A DNA stretch of 64,000 bases. Origin: a virus. Below the pieces are notes generated by a model. It had not been told where the DNA came from, searched no databases, and was given only the letters and a program-made list of their open reading frames with translations. The stretch spans positions 32,001 to 96,000 of the IMG/VR virus record IMGVR_UViG_3300042090_003221; one strand, given 5' to 3'. Both the position numbers and the translations under genes were made by a program. Shown here piece after piece: positions 36,086 through 46,396 of this stretch (the first letter of the stretch is position 1; every line of letters starts with the position of its first letter).

Positions 36086-36412
36086 TTACGCGGCGTCGGG
36101 CGTGCCCTTGATCGCCATGCCCGGAATCCATCCGAGCTCGCGGTTCCAGGCGCTCCGGACAGCCGCAAGCGCCTCGTCGGCGGTCAGGCTATCGATGATG
36201 AGGAAATCCACGTTGATCTTGTCTTTGGCGAACGTCTTGCGGAGATAGACCTCGGTCGGCGTCACCTCGGCGATGACGGCGTCTGCAAGCCAGCTGACGC
36301 AAGCCATCCGCCTCTCGGGCGCCGTGACGAACGTGGCGCGCTCGTTGATCCAGAGCCGGTCGCCGTCGCGGGAACCGCCGACGCACGGGAGCGAGATATG
36401 ATCATGCGGCAT
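36086..36412 (-). CDS. Hypothetical protein
   Basis: CVGGSRDG motif. Confidence 0.55.
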   Translation of the reverse strand: MPHDHISLPCVGGSRDGDRLWINERATFVTAPERRMACVSWLADAVIAEVTPTEVYLRKTFAKDKINVDFLIIDSLTADEALAAVRSAWNRELGWIPGMAIKGTPDAA

Positions 36413-36673
36413 CAGGCGCGTTCCGCAGCGCCGCGGCGCTCGCGGGGGACGGTCACCACGCCACCGACTGGACGCCATGCACGATCTGCCCGCGGTCATC
36501 GAAGCACGGCTTCTGCAACAGCCAGCGCTTCGCCTCTGCCTCGGCCATCACGCCGGAGCCGGAGCGGGCGCATGACGCGACGCCGTTGAGGTCGTATCGG
36601 ATCTCGGTCCCGCATCCGTGCGTGGTGGAGTAGTGGCGGACTCGGACGTTCGAGATCACCCGCTTCAGCGCAG

Positions 36674-37399
36674 TCATCGCGCGCATCCGTCCGCCGCGGC
36701 GTTCAGGTCGCCGGCGATCCGGCGAGCTTCGTCTCGCGAGATCATCCATCCGCCGAGAAACTCTCCGTCGGCGGTGAGCTCGAACGCAACCTTGCCGGTC
36801 GCCCGGGTATGAGGCGTGCTGAAGACGCGAAGACCATCGGTCAGCGCCGGCGCGGGCTTTTGCTTTGCAAGCTCGGCGGTAGCCCAGCGGGTGAAGGCGT
36901 CGGACGGCGGCGGGGCGGCAATCGACCAATGCCTGGGCAGATCTAGGCAAGCCCGCTTGTCTTTGGCGTAGAAATCGCGAAGGGCGGCGTTCGGCGGGAA
37001 CGCGACGGCGAGCACGCGGGCGCGGAAATCGGCGTCCGTCTCGTCGCGTTGGCGAGGCGCCCGGTAGGGGTAGTCGTCGGGCAGCGCGCCGAAACCGAAC
37101 TCCTCGGAGGCGCGGTCGAGATCGGCGCCAGTCGCGGTCATGATGCCGGCCGGCTGAATGGACTCCGGCTCATATACGCGAGCGGGCGCGTCTATAGTGT
37201 CGCGCCAGAGCAAACGAACGTTGTCGGGTTGCATGCTGACGACGAGACGCTTTTCCGTGTCGGGAACGCGGCCGGTGACGGTGACGACGCCGGGCATGCC
37301 GTGATGCGCGTAACCAACGTCGACGTGCTCGGCGAGTTTGTCGTCGATCAGCGCGCGCAGCACTTGGTCGAATGAGGCCGCCTTCGGGTCATGTTCCAT
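36674..37399 (-). CDS. Hypothetical protein
   Basis: TATGADLD..ETDADFRARV baseplate-J-like fragment. Confidence 0.55.
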   Translation of the reverse strand: MEHDPKAASFDQVLRALIDDKLAEHVDVGYAHHGMPGVVTVTGRVPDTEKRLVVSMQPDNVRLLWRDTIDAPARVYEPESIQPAGIMTATGADLDRASEEFGFGALPDDYPYRAPRQRDETDADFRARVLAVAFPPNAALRDFYAKDKRACLDLPRHWSIAAPPPSDAFTRWATAELAKQKPAPALTDGLRVFSTPHTRATGKVAFELTADGEFLGGWMISRDEARRIAGDLNAAADGCAR

Positions 37400-37814
37400 C
37401 GGGTGCCTTCCGGGTCAGGGTGTAGACGCGCTCGCGGTAACCGCCGGGTGCGCCGATCTCAGGAACAGATACGGTCTTGATGCCGCGCGCGGCGAGCTGC
37501 AGCCACTTCGCGCCGGCGAGCGCCTCGGCCTCGGTCGCAAACCCGTCGAGCGCGGCGACGTCAGTTTCGATCCGCCAGCCTTTGGCGGCCTTGATGGCGC
37601 GAGGTTCGGTCACGCGTTTCTCATGTTGATTTGCTTTGCCCGGCGACCTTCCCAGCCTTGCGCATGCGGTCGAAGGCGACGGTGAGATTGCCCTCGTCGA
37701 AGGCGCGGCGGGCGCGCTCGAGATGCGCCTGCGGCCGTCTGCGCACGATCTCGGCGAGCGTCAGATACGGCGTAGACGGCGCGACGCCGTCGCCCCAGGA
37801 TTCGATGCGGGCGC

Positions 37815-38453
37815 TCACGCCGCGGCGCCCTCGTATTTGGCCTTGAGCGCGGCGAGCGTATGCCGCTCCATTGCCTCCTGATGCGCGACGGCGCGCTTTA
37901 GCTGGACGGCGCGGTCTTCCGCCATGAGCTTCTCGCGCTTGGCCTCGACACTCTTCACGAGATGACCGAACGCGGTGTCATCGAGGTCGAAGATCTTCAG
38001 GTCGGAGACCGGAGCGGTGTGGACCTCGACCTCGCCGTCATGGTCGCCTCTAGACCAGCGCAGCCAGACAGTGTCGTCTCTGGCTTCGAGCCAGACCAGC
38101 GCATCTTCGTCGGGGGCATGAAATCCAGCCGCTTGCGCCAGCGGAACCGCGCGCTTGAGGGTCAAGCGATTGAGCTCGTCGATCAAGGCGATGACTTTGG
38201 GCGTGCTCTCGACCGGCGCGAAATCCTCGCCGTCATGCCACCCCAGCTTCGGCTCCGCCGGCGCGCTCGCCTTCTCCGCGCCGCGCACCTCGACGCTCAC
38301 CGTGACGACGGTTCCGGGCTCGACACTCTGCAGCGCGGTGCGGACCGGGGAATATTCGTCCCCGAACATGGCCTCCAGCCAGCTCGGGCAGCCGTCTATG
38401 TAGTTCCCGCGCGCCCCGCCATCGCGGAAGTTGTAGGTGAGCTCGACCTTCAT
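37815..38453 (-). CDS. Hypothetical protein
   Basis: GGAG RBS; operon context. Confidence 0.6.
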   Translation of the reverse strand: MKVELTYNFRDGGARGNYIDGCPSWLEAMFGDEYSPVRTALQSVEPGTVVTVSVEVRGAEKASAPAEPKLGWHDGEDFAPVESTPKVIALIDELNRLTLKRAVPLAQAAGFHAPDEDALVWLEARDDTVWLRWSRGDHDGEVEVHTAPVSDLKIFDLDDTAFGHLVKSVEAKREKLMAEDRAVQLKRAVAHQEAMERHTLAALKAKYEGAAA

Positions 38454-38764
38454 TTACCGCTCCAGCGCCTTGCGTTCAGCTTCGCTGGCGATACCAAAGT
38501 CGTCGGCCTATGCAGTTACCTTGAAGCTGCTCTCATCGAACTCGATCAGACGCCCCTCGATCTTGGCGGCGTGAAGCAGGATCAGATAGGCGAGCTGGCG
38601 CGCGAACGCCGCGGTGCAGCGCAGGGTTGCCGGGGAGCCCGTCGCGAAGTCGTTCAGGGCGAGCACGACCCGCTCCTCCTCCTCGCAATAGGTGACCTCG
38701 ACGCCCTGCGGGTTCGCGACGGGGCGGCCGCGAGCAGGGGAGGGGATGGTCCGCGTCGACGCGG

Positions 38765-39370
38765 TCACGCCGCGCCGCCTCTCATGAGCGCCTGATAGAC
38801 CCTCGCCGCTTCGACGGGGTCGATGGGGGGCGGGGCCGTTCCCGGCGCCGCTCCGGCTCCCGGCGGCGGCGCCACGGCATCGAGGTTGAACGCCTGACGC
38901 TCCAGGGGGATCAGCCGGGCGGTGACGCGCGAGAGCTTCTCGAGCAGGTCGCCCGGGCTCTCCTTCTCGCCCATGAAGTTCTCGACCCCGGAGCTGCCCC
39001 CATTGAGCTTGGCGGCGAGCGCGTCGGCGAGGACGCGCTTGATGCCGTGGAGCTGGCTGATATCGCGCCGGTGCGTCAGCGTGACATCGAGCCCGCGGAG
39101 CGATGCAGCCTCGACGATCTCGGCGTTGCTCGCCCGTGGGGACTGCGTACCGTCCTGCGTACCATCGACGCGTACCAGCTTCTCGCGTACCGCCTCGCGT
39201 ACCTTGTCGGCGAGGGCGCGGGTCCATTGGTCCCTCTTGGCCCTCTTACGGATCGCGCCTTCGGTGACGCCGGATATATCTGCGATCTGGCGGATGGAGA
39301 GCTGGCCGGCGCGGAACTCGCGCTCGATCATCTCCCAATCGGCACGGGGCTTCTCGGGCTTGTCGGTCAC
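38765..39370 (-). CDS. terS: Terminase small subunit
   Basis: DWEMIEREFRAGQLSIRQIA..TEGAIRKRAKRDQW; C-term DPVEAARVYQALM. Confidence 0.75.
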   Translation of the reverse strand: MTDKPEKPRADWEMIEREFRAGQLSIRQIADISGVTEGAIRKRAKRDQWTRALADKVREAVREKLVRVDGTQDGTQSPRASNAEIVEAASLRGLDVTLTHRRDISQLHGIKRVLADALAAKLNGGSSGVENFMGEKESPGDLLEKLSRVTARLIPLERQAFNLDAVAPPPGAGAAPGTAPPPIDPVEAARVYQALMRGGAA

Positions 39371-40176
39371 GGCTTGAGTGTCTGGGTTAGGGTGGCGGGG
39401 TTCGTGACGAGGGAGGGCGCGGCCGCGGCGGCGCCCGCGTAGGGGGCCGAAGGGGCTGAGGGGGCACGGCGAGGGCAGAGCGCGCCCTTGCACGTCGCCT
39501 CGCTACCGGGCGGGCAGACGCAGCCATGGGGAGAGGGCGGGACGGGATGCACGGGCACGAACCAGCCCGGGTCGCGCGGCGGCATAGGCAAGCCAATCGG
39601 CGGATAGGGTGCGTAGGGCGCGCCCCCAAGCCCGGTCGGGCACCGGTAAGGAGGAACCCGGCAGGCTCCCGTACACGCGCACATCATCGCTTCGGCTTCC
39701 GTTTTGGTTTCGGTGGCTTCGGAGGCCTGGGGGCGGCGAGGGCCTCCCGGGCGGCGACGAGGCGAGCGCCCTTGTCGCGGGTCGGGCCGACGAAGACGGT
39801 CTTGGCGGTCGACTTCGCGGGGTCCTTGGGGATGGCAAGCGGGGCGCGGGGCGCGTCGACGAAGCGGATCACAGCCCGAGCTCATCCGCGGCGAGGTCGT
39901 CGGACAGCTTGAGGACCATCCTTCGGAACTGGTTGAGGCGCTTGTTGAGGCGGCTGAGCTTCGCGTCGACGTCGAGCGCGCGCGGGCGCTCGACCTTGTC
40001 GACGAAGTCGGCGATGGCGTCCCGGGCGCGCCCCAGGAGCACCACGGCGTCGGTGAGGCGCGGGTCGGCGCCGAGGCTCTCGACGAGGCGCATGGCCTCG
40101 AGGATGGCGTGCTCGACCGTGGTCTGGCGGAGCTCGTCGCAGCGGCGGAGCGGGTCGAAGGCGGGCGAGGACATGG

Positions 40177-40941
40177 TCAGGCTGCCTTTCGGATGGCGAG
40201 CGCTTCGCTGAGGCGCCGGCGGGCGGCGTCGAAATATCCCGGGTCGATCTCGACCCCTATGAACTTGCGGCCGGACTCGACGGCAGCGACTCCGGTCGTG
40301 CCGGAGCCCATCGCGAAATCGAGAACAGCCTCGCCCTCGTTGCTGTAGGTCCGGACCAAGTAGCTCATCAGGTCGACGGGCTTCTGGGTCGGATGGACCC
40401 GCTCCGGAGAGTCGTTGTTCAGGATGGCGAACTTCTGGACCGACCGCGGATAGCGAACAGTTTGGCCGCCGTAGGGATCTGACTCTCGCTGCGCGCCATA
40501 GTTGGGCGTGAACGTCGTCCGCTTGGCGTAGTTGCCGGGCTTGTGGCCCACGGTCATCTGCGGGTTGTAGGTCATCGACCCGGAGCTGAAAACGAGCACG
40601 CTCTCGTGGTAGCGCATCGGCGACTTCTTGCAGTTCAGATGCCCCGTTCCCTTATTTTTCTCCCAGACCCACTCGTGGCGGAACCACTTCGGCCGGCTGC
40701 ATACGAGCGCTGAGGCGAAGGGCTGGATGGCCGTCAGAACCACAGCGCCGCGGCACATACGGCCGATCTCTGCCCACAACGGGTCAAGCGGGATGACGGA
40801 GTCCCACGAGTTCTGCGTCGTGCCGTAGGGCGGGTCCCCGATGACGCAATCGACGCCTTCGATCAGCGGCAGGACCTCACGGCAGTCACCAAGCCAGATC
40901 TCGACGCCCTCAGCGAGGACCTCCTTGCGAGGCGGGCTCAC
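40177..40941 (-). CDS. DNA amino-methyltransferase, beta class
   Basis: DPPY..HPTQKP..VLDFAMGSGTTG. Confidence 0.92.
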   Translation of the reverse strand: MSPPRKEVLAEGVEIWLGDCREVLPLIEGVDCVIGDPPYGTTQNSWDSVIPLDPLWAEIGRMCRGAVVLTAIQPFASALVCSRPKWFRHEWVWEKNKGTGHLNCKKSPMRYHESVLVFSSGSMTYNPQMTVGHKPGNYAKRTTFTPNYGAQRESDPYGGQTVRYPRSVQKFAILNNDSPERVHPTQKPVDLMSYLVRTYSNEGEAVLDFAMGSGTTGVAAVESGRKFIGVEIDPGYFDAARRRLSEALAIRKAA

Positions 40942-40942
40942 G

Positions 40943-41155
40943 TCAGACCCCGAGGCTCAGCGCAACACAGGCGCGCGAGAGCCAGATCAGGAGCGAGACC
41001 ACGAGGGCGCCGCCGAAATAAAAGAGGCCCGAGGGATTGGGGAAGAAACCGCCGCCCGGCTCGTTGGCGGACGCCCAGGACGCCCAGCCGAACGCGACCA
41101 CGGTGACGAGGATCGCGATCAGCGTATAGATCGAGACCGAGACGGTGAAGTGCAT
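40943..41155 (-). CDS. Small two-TM membrane protein
   Basis: Two hydrophobic helices. Confidence 0.5.
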   Translation of the reverse strand: MHFTVSVSIYTLIAILVTVVAFGWASWASANEPGGGFFPNPSGLFYFGGALVVSLLIWLSRACVALSLGV

Positions 41156-42023
41156 AGGTCAGCTCCGGCTGTGACGGGCAGGGAGGACGCGCCAAGGAGA
41201 GAACCGGCGCGCCGCGCGCCGCGAGGACCGCAAGGCAGAGGAGAAGGCGCCGGCGGCGGCGAGGATGAGGGCCGCGGCGAAGCAGGCCGTGATGAAGAGG
41301 ATTGCGCGGGAGACCACGGTCAGCGTTCCTCGGGCAAGCAGTTGCCCGGCGCGAGATCGAGGAGGGTCTTGCCGTCGACGCCGCGCACCTTCACCGGGCC
41401 ACAGATTTTGCCGCCCGGGCCGAACTCGACCACGGCCGCGGGGATTGGGATCGAGCGTACGCCGTGAGCCGGAACCGTGGCCCCGACGAGGCCGGGGCGA
41501 TCGTCGGCGTGCGCCGAGAGCGTCGCGCCTATGACGGCGAGCGCGATGACATACGCGGCGTAAATCGGAAGTGACAGCGGGAATTTCATGGCGGCTCCGA
41601 TGATCTGGGTTGCTCAGACGAAATCGGGCTTCCCGCCGATCAGCGCCTCATCGACCGCGCGGCGCACGCGGGTGACGATGGCGTTGCGCCGCATCTCAAC
41701 GGGGCCGATCGTGCCGGTGGAGAAGCGACCACCCTCGTAGCCGCGCGCGAACAGATCTTCGATGTCGCGCGCCACGTCCAAGACGAGAGCGTCGAGCTGA
41801 GCTGGATCCCGCCACTTCTGTGCCAGCCCCAGGAGGCGCTTCGCCTCCTCTGCCTGCAGGTGCAGGTCGGCCGATTCCTCGCCCTTGTCGGCGAGCATCT
41901 GCTGGAGCTCGGCGATTTTATCGGCGTCAGACGACATGGATCCTCGGGGGTTGGAGTTGACGGCCATTCCCCTCTCGGGACGCTGGCCCATCGCTGCGCG
42001 CGCCGGAGCGCGTTCGTTAGGAC

Positions 42024-42099
42024 TGGTGCCGCCGGGGCGGTCTCGAACCCCCGGCCTGCCGCTTACAAGGCGGCTGCTCTACCCCTGAGCTACGGCGGC
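42024..42099 (-). tRNA. tRNA-Thr(TGT)
   Basis: GCCGCCG acceptor, loop CTTGTAA, TTCGA, encoded CCA; one-base bulge in T stem. Confidence 0.85.
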
Positions 42100-42103
42100 G
42101 AAT

Positions 42104-42178
42104 TGGCTGAAGAGGCAGGATTCGAACCTGCAGCCACTCGATTAACAGTCGAGAGCTCTACCGTTGAGCTACTCTCCA
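42104..42178 (-). tRNA. tRNA-Asn(GTT)
   Basis: Cloverleaf with loop CTGTTAA, GGTTCGAATCC, encoded CCA. Confidence 0.92.
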
Positions 42179-42198
42179 AAGACGCCCGATCGGGCGCG

Positions 42199-42444
42199 TC
42201 ACCAGAAATATTTGTGCGGCTTGCGCCACGTCGGCCAGCACGCTGCATCGGCGTCGATGCGATCGAACAGGACGGCGCGCTCAAGGCGCTTGTCGCGCCG
42301 GCGCGGCGGGCGACGGTGAAAGACCAAATCCCACCAAGCAGGCCAGTTGCTCAACCAGCGCCAGTCGTCGACCCGGTCCTTGCGCTCACGCGGCATTTTG
42401 CCGCCGCGCGTGCGTGCGGCCGGCATTTTTCTTCGGAAATGCAT
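42199..42444 (-). CDS. Trp/Arg-rich small protein
   Basis: AAGGAG RBS; WLSNWPAWWDLVFHRRP. Confidence 0.65.
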   Translation of the reverse strand: MHFRRKMPAARTRGGKMPRERKDRVDDWRWLSNWPAWWDLVFHRRPPRRRDKRLERAVLFDRIDADAACWPTWRKPHKYFW

Positions 42445-42701
42445 GACGTTGGGCTCCTTGTCCCTATGACGTCATGGCGGCCTCCTATGGTTGTCCGGCG
42501 TGGGTTCTCGTACGGCGCTTTTGCCCAATTCGATCATTTCGGTGACGTCAACGAAATGATCCTCCGGCGGCTGGCGCGCCGATCGGGAATGCTACGTCCA
42601 CGTTGCGCGCTCGCTAGGTTGATATGCCAGCGATCCGCCGAAGCTATATCCGGGCTCCCGTTCGTCGGACGGAGGGATAGCCGTGGAGCTTACAGGGTTC
42701 G

Positions 42702-43082
42702 TTACGCCGCTTCGGCGAGGCGGGTCAACGCCTCGTCTTTCCACGCCTCGAGCAGGCCTGCGACCTCGCGGCGGTCGCCTCTGCCGTAGCGCTGAACCAG
42801 CTTGGTGACCTTGTCCCAATCGGGCAGCGAGTACGTCGTCGGCTCGACCTGACGGTAGGAGCGGCCGCGCAAGAAAGCGTAGGCCAAGCATGCCGCGCGC
42901 GCCTCGGGGCGCACCACGCAGAGGCGGTGATTCCGCAACCCGGCGTAGGTCGACTCGAGATCGCGGCGCCGCGCCGGCTTGTCCATGCGCGCCGCGCGGG
43001 CGAGACAGACGATCTCCTCGCGCTTGATCAACACCGCCTCAGCGGCGAGGCTCAAGACCTTGATTTTCAGATAGGCTTTCAT
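42702..43082 (-). CDS. Conserved phage hypothetical protein
   Basis: LKIKVLSLAAEAVLIKREE..HRLCVVRPEARAACLAYAFLRGRSY; GGAGA RBS. Confidence 0.75.
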   Translation of the reverse strand: MKAYLKIKVLSLAAEAVLIKREEIVCLARAARMDKPARRRDLESTYAGLRNHRLCVVRPEARAACLAYAFLRGRSYRQVEPTTYSLPDWDKVTKLVQRYGRGDRREVAGLLEAWKDEALTRLAEAA

Positions 43083-43220
43083 CAATTTTCTCCGATGGTT
43101 GGTGAAGTTCTTGCCGTCCATCGGGCGGCGGGGGACCGCGGATCGATCTACAACATGACCAGCCTCATAGTTGGCGCTCGCACGGCGCTGGGATACCCGT
43201 CTCGTGGGCTAGACGATCTT

Positions 43221-43291
43221 TGGCGCCCGCACGCGGGTTCGAACCGCGACGCCGTAGGAGTAGAAGCCCTGACGTGAGCCAGTCTGCGGGC
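43221..43291 (-). tRNA. Atypical tRNA-Arg(TCT)-like element lacking a canonical D arm
   Basis: Perfect 7-bp acceptor, perfect T arm, CCA, loop CTTCTAC; no U8/D stem. Confidence 0.55.
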
Positions 43292-43862
43292 AAAAGGTCG
43301 GAGTCATGCGCCCTGGTCGAACGCTACCCAGGCAGCCGAAGAGGATGCCCCGGACGTCGCCGCGACCGGCTCGATACGGCGGGGAACGGACGACTCCGGA
43401 AGCTGCAGGCTCGCCAGCGGCGCGGCGTCGCGGCGGAGATCGGCGAGGAAAGCCGCCTCCTCGCGCTCGTCGTAACGGACCTCGTCGTCTGAGACGATCT
43501 TGCGAGAGCGGCCGCGACTCATGCCGGCGCTTGCTGTTTCGCAGCGCGCGCCCAGCGTGCTGCGGTGTCGTCGTCAAGGTAGCGGGCGATGGCGCGATAG
43601 ACGCGCTTGTGATCAGGCCTCTTGACCCAGGCAGGGACCGGCAACTTGTGGGGGACGTAGTCCTCAACCACGTGCCAGATCAAGCCGGGCCGGCCGGGCG
43701 GACGGTCGCCGCCCACGGGTTTCGTGGACGCGACAGCGCCGAGCTCACGCATCTGGACGAGCTGCTCGTAGACGCTTTTCGGTTTCAGGTTGGTCGCCTT
43801 GATAATCTGACCCGAGGTCCGGGCTCCCCGGCGCATCGCGTCGAGGATCTGATCGCGATGCG

Positions 43863-44741
43863 TCACGGGCGCGCCACGCTTGCGTTGCGTTGGTCGAGTG
43901 CGGAGCGGCCGGGCGGCGGAGTGCCCGCGATTTCGCAAAGACCGGTCACGCGATGGTCGATGATGCGCGGCGCCAGCGCGGAGCCGCGTACTGTCTTGGC
44001 GGCGCGCATCGCTATCGCGGCGCTGGCGAGGGCGGCGGCGGCCGGCGAGGGTGTCAGGCGCGGCGTCGGTGCAGCGATCGGGGCACTGCTAGGAGCCTTT
44101 GGCGGGTTACTGAGAGCTTTCGGCGGCTTCACGAGAGCCTTCGGCGGCGAGGGCTCGACGTCGCGCATGACGGCGTCGTAAGCGCGCTGGATTTCCTTCG
44201 GTGGGTGCGTGAAGACGACCTCGACAGGCTCTCGCGCGGGCGCGGGCACGAGGGCGGTAGCGACGCGCTGCGCGATCTTGCTCAGCGGGCGGGTGACGAC
44301 GGCGGGGGCGTCGAGCTTAGGCTCGACAGGGGTCGTCGGCGGTGGCGCGGCTGCTGCTCCCGGCAGGAGCTCGGTCCAGTCACGGCCGCAATAGGTCAGG
44401 GCGGCGTCGATCGCCGCGGCCGCCGTCATCGCCGTCCAGTTGCAGGCGCCGCGAACGTCGTTGAGGCGGCCGAGATCGAACCACTTCAGCGAGCCGCTCT
44501 TGAGGCCGGCGCGATAGCTCGCGAGGCAGCCGGCTTGACCTATACGGGAGCCGAGCGTGAGGCGCGGCGCCGTCGGGTACTCGTGTGCCAGAGCGAGGCC
44601 GGCATAAAGGCGCGCGCGCGACCCATGCATGCCCTGGAGGACATCGATCGGGTCCTCGCCCTCACGCGCGGCCGCGGCGCGCACGGCGCACAAGATTTCG
44701 TCCGCAGTCGGCCAAACGACCGCGATGTCGGCAGGGGACAC
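43863..44741 (-). CDS. Hypothetical protein
   Basis: Long ORF in early/middle operon; C-term PPPGRSAL. Confidence 0.6.
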   Translation of the reverse strand: MSPADIAVVWPTADEILCAVRAAAAREGEDPIDVLQGMHGSRARLYAGLALAHEYPTAPRLTLGSRIGQAGCLASYRAGLKSGSLKWFDLGRLNDVRGACNWTAMTAAAAIDAALTYCGRDWTELLPGAAAAPPPTTPVEPKLDAPAVVTRPLSKIAQRVATALVPAPAREPVEVVFTHPPKEIQRAYDAVMRDVEPSPPKALVKPPKALSNPPKAPSSAPIAAPTPRLTPSPAAAALASAAIAMRAAKTVRGSALAPRIIDHRVTGLCEIAGTPPPGRSALDQRNASVARP

Positions 44742-45203
44742 GTTGAACTCCAGAAGAAGCGAGGTTAGGCGCCGTTCAGCCCTTGCCGAAGACGTGCCGC
44801 ACCAGTTCGTCGAACGCGCTGGCGTTGGCCTCGCGCCGCTCCTCGCGCTCGATGCGGTGGATCAGGACCCAGGCTGAGAAGCCGGCGGCGTCGATCGTGA
44901 AGGCCTCGGCCGGGACCAACAACGAGCGCTCATCGTCGTCGAGCCAATGTAGCCGGAGACCGAGATCGCAGCGCGTCAGCCAGCGGGATTCCGCGGCCGA
45001 CGGGCCAAGCTCTCCCATGCCCCGGGCGAACGCCACGGCGCGAGACAGCAAGGCCTCATAGGCGGCGAAGATCTCGTCGGGCGCCATCGGACGCCCGTCA
45101 TAGCGCGAGACAGCCCAGAAACGCAAAACGCGCCAGCGAATGTCGCGGCGCGTTGTAGGCAAAGAGGTCCCGCAAAGGCGATTACGCGATTTGCGGGCAG
45201 GCG

Positions 45204-45509
45204 TCAACCCGATTGAGACGCTCGCTTCGGCCATCGCGCACTGACGACGCCGAGGGGTAACCCGTATTTTCCCCGAACCCTCTGAATCGTCTTCTGCGAG
45301 CACCCGAGGATCGAGGCCGCCTCCTTGTATGTTCGTCCCGGCAGGGTCTCGCGGATCTTATCAACCCATTCTGCCGTGTAATAATGTTCAAAAAGCGGGC
45401 GGCAAATATCACCACTCATGTTGCGCAGGTCACGGCGATAGTGCGTGTCGCACATTCCGCGCGCGTGACCGGTTTTGTTGCAGTTGGGAACCGAGCAGAC
45501 GAAAGACAT
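45204..45509 (-). CDS. Zn-finger plus HTH protein
   Basis: CSVPNC..ARGMCDTHY; TYKEAASILGCSQKTI. Confidence 0.65.
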   Translation of the reverse strand: MSFVCSVPNCNKTGHARGMCDTHYRRDLRNMSGDICRPLFEHYYTAEWVDKIRETLPGRTYKEAASILGCSQKTIQRVRGKYGLPLGVVSARWPKRASQSG

Positions 45510-45520
45510 GGCCGCTCCCA

Positions 45521-46396
45521 TCACGCCGAGTGCCGGCCGCGGTCCCAGACGCCGTAGCGCATGGCGAGCAGGTAGAGGCCGTGCTTGAGCATATCGACGT
45601 CATGGGCCAGCGGCTCCGTGTAGTCGTAGCAAAGCCGGACCATAGCCGAGGGACAGCGCGGCATAACGGAGCGGAGCTCCGCGTCGGCGCCGGCGAGCGC
45701 GAGCTCGGCGGCCTGGATGAAGGCGCGGTCCTCTTCGATCTGCTCTTTCGTCGGGTCGCCGCCGGCCCCGTCGCCGTGCGGGATCCCGGCGTCGCAGTCC
45801 TCGACATTGAAGCCGCGCGCGACCTTCACGGCGCGGATCTCCCCGGCATAATGCTCGCCGGCGGCATGCATCGAGTCGGCGAAGCGGCGGTCGCGCGGCC
45901 AGTTCTTGGCGCAGAAGCGACCCAGCGGAAACGCGAGGCGCGGATCGTCCGGCGATATCTCGCCGACGCGGTGCGGCTGCGCCAGCGCCACCGACATCGC
46001 GGAAGCGCGCGCCGCCGCCGCCTTGCGCTCGTCGGCGGGGCGGCGGTCGTTCTCGGCCGTCGGAATCTCGGGCGTCGCCTTCGGCTTCGACAGGGCCGTC
46101 GAGGTCGTGACGGGAATCGAGCTCACCACCGGCGCGCGAGCAACGACGTCCTTCGCGCGCTTGCCCGTCGGGCATAGCGTCACTCCCGGGTCGGACACCG
46201 GGGCGAAGTCGGAAACGGTCATCTCAATCATTGCCACGGGCGGTCTCTCCTGGGGATAGGCGAGACGGTCCGAGGCATTCTCGGGGCGCAAAGTTGCCTT
46301 GCCTGAGACGGCTCGGGGTTGCAAGCCCCCGAGCCGCTGCGGGCCTGTGGATTCCCCAGCCTTACGCGCGAGTGCGCACAAGAGGGGCGAAATCAT
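45521..46396 (-). CDS. Hypothetical protein (possible late regulator)
   Basis: Position at end of replication operon; start uncertain. Confidence 0.45.
   Translation of the reverse strand: MISPLLCALARKAGESTGPQRLGGLQPRAVSGKATLRPENASDRLAYPQERPPVAMIEMTVSDFAPVSDPGVTLCPTGKRAKDVVARAPVVSSIPVTTSTALSKPKATPEIPTAENDRRPADERKAAAARASAMSVALAQPHRVGEISPDDPRLAFPLGRFCAKNWPRDRRFADSMHAAGEHYAGEIRAVKVARGFNVEDCDAGIPHGDGAGGDPTKEQIEEDRAFIQAAELALAGADAELRSVMPRCPSAMVRLCYDYTEPLAHDVDMLKHGLYLLAMRYGVWDRGRHSA

Noticed and set aside
42024-42178. tRNAs as prophage attachment site
   Set aside because: Phage genes continue on both sides; no integrase or duplicated 3' fragment seen
43221-43291. Amber suppressor or tRNA-Pyl call
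   Set aside because: Stem pairing centres the 7-nt loop on TCT, not CTA; Pyl features are absent
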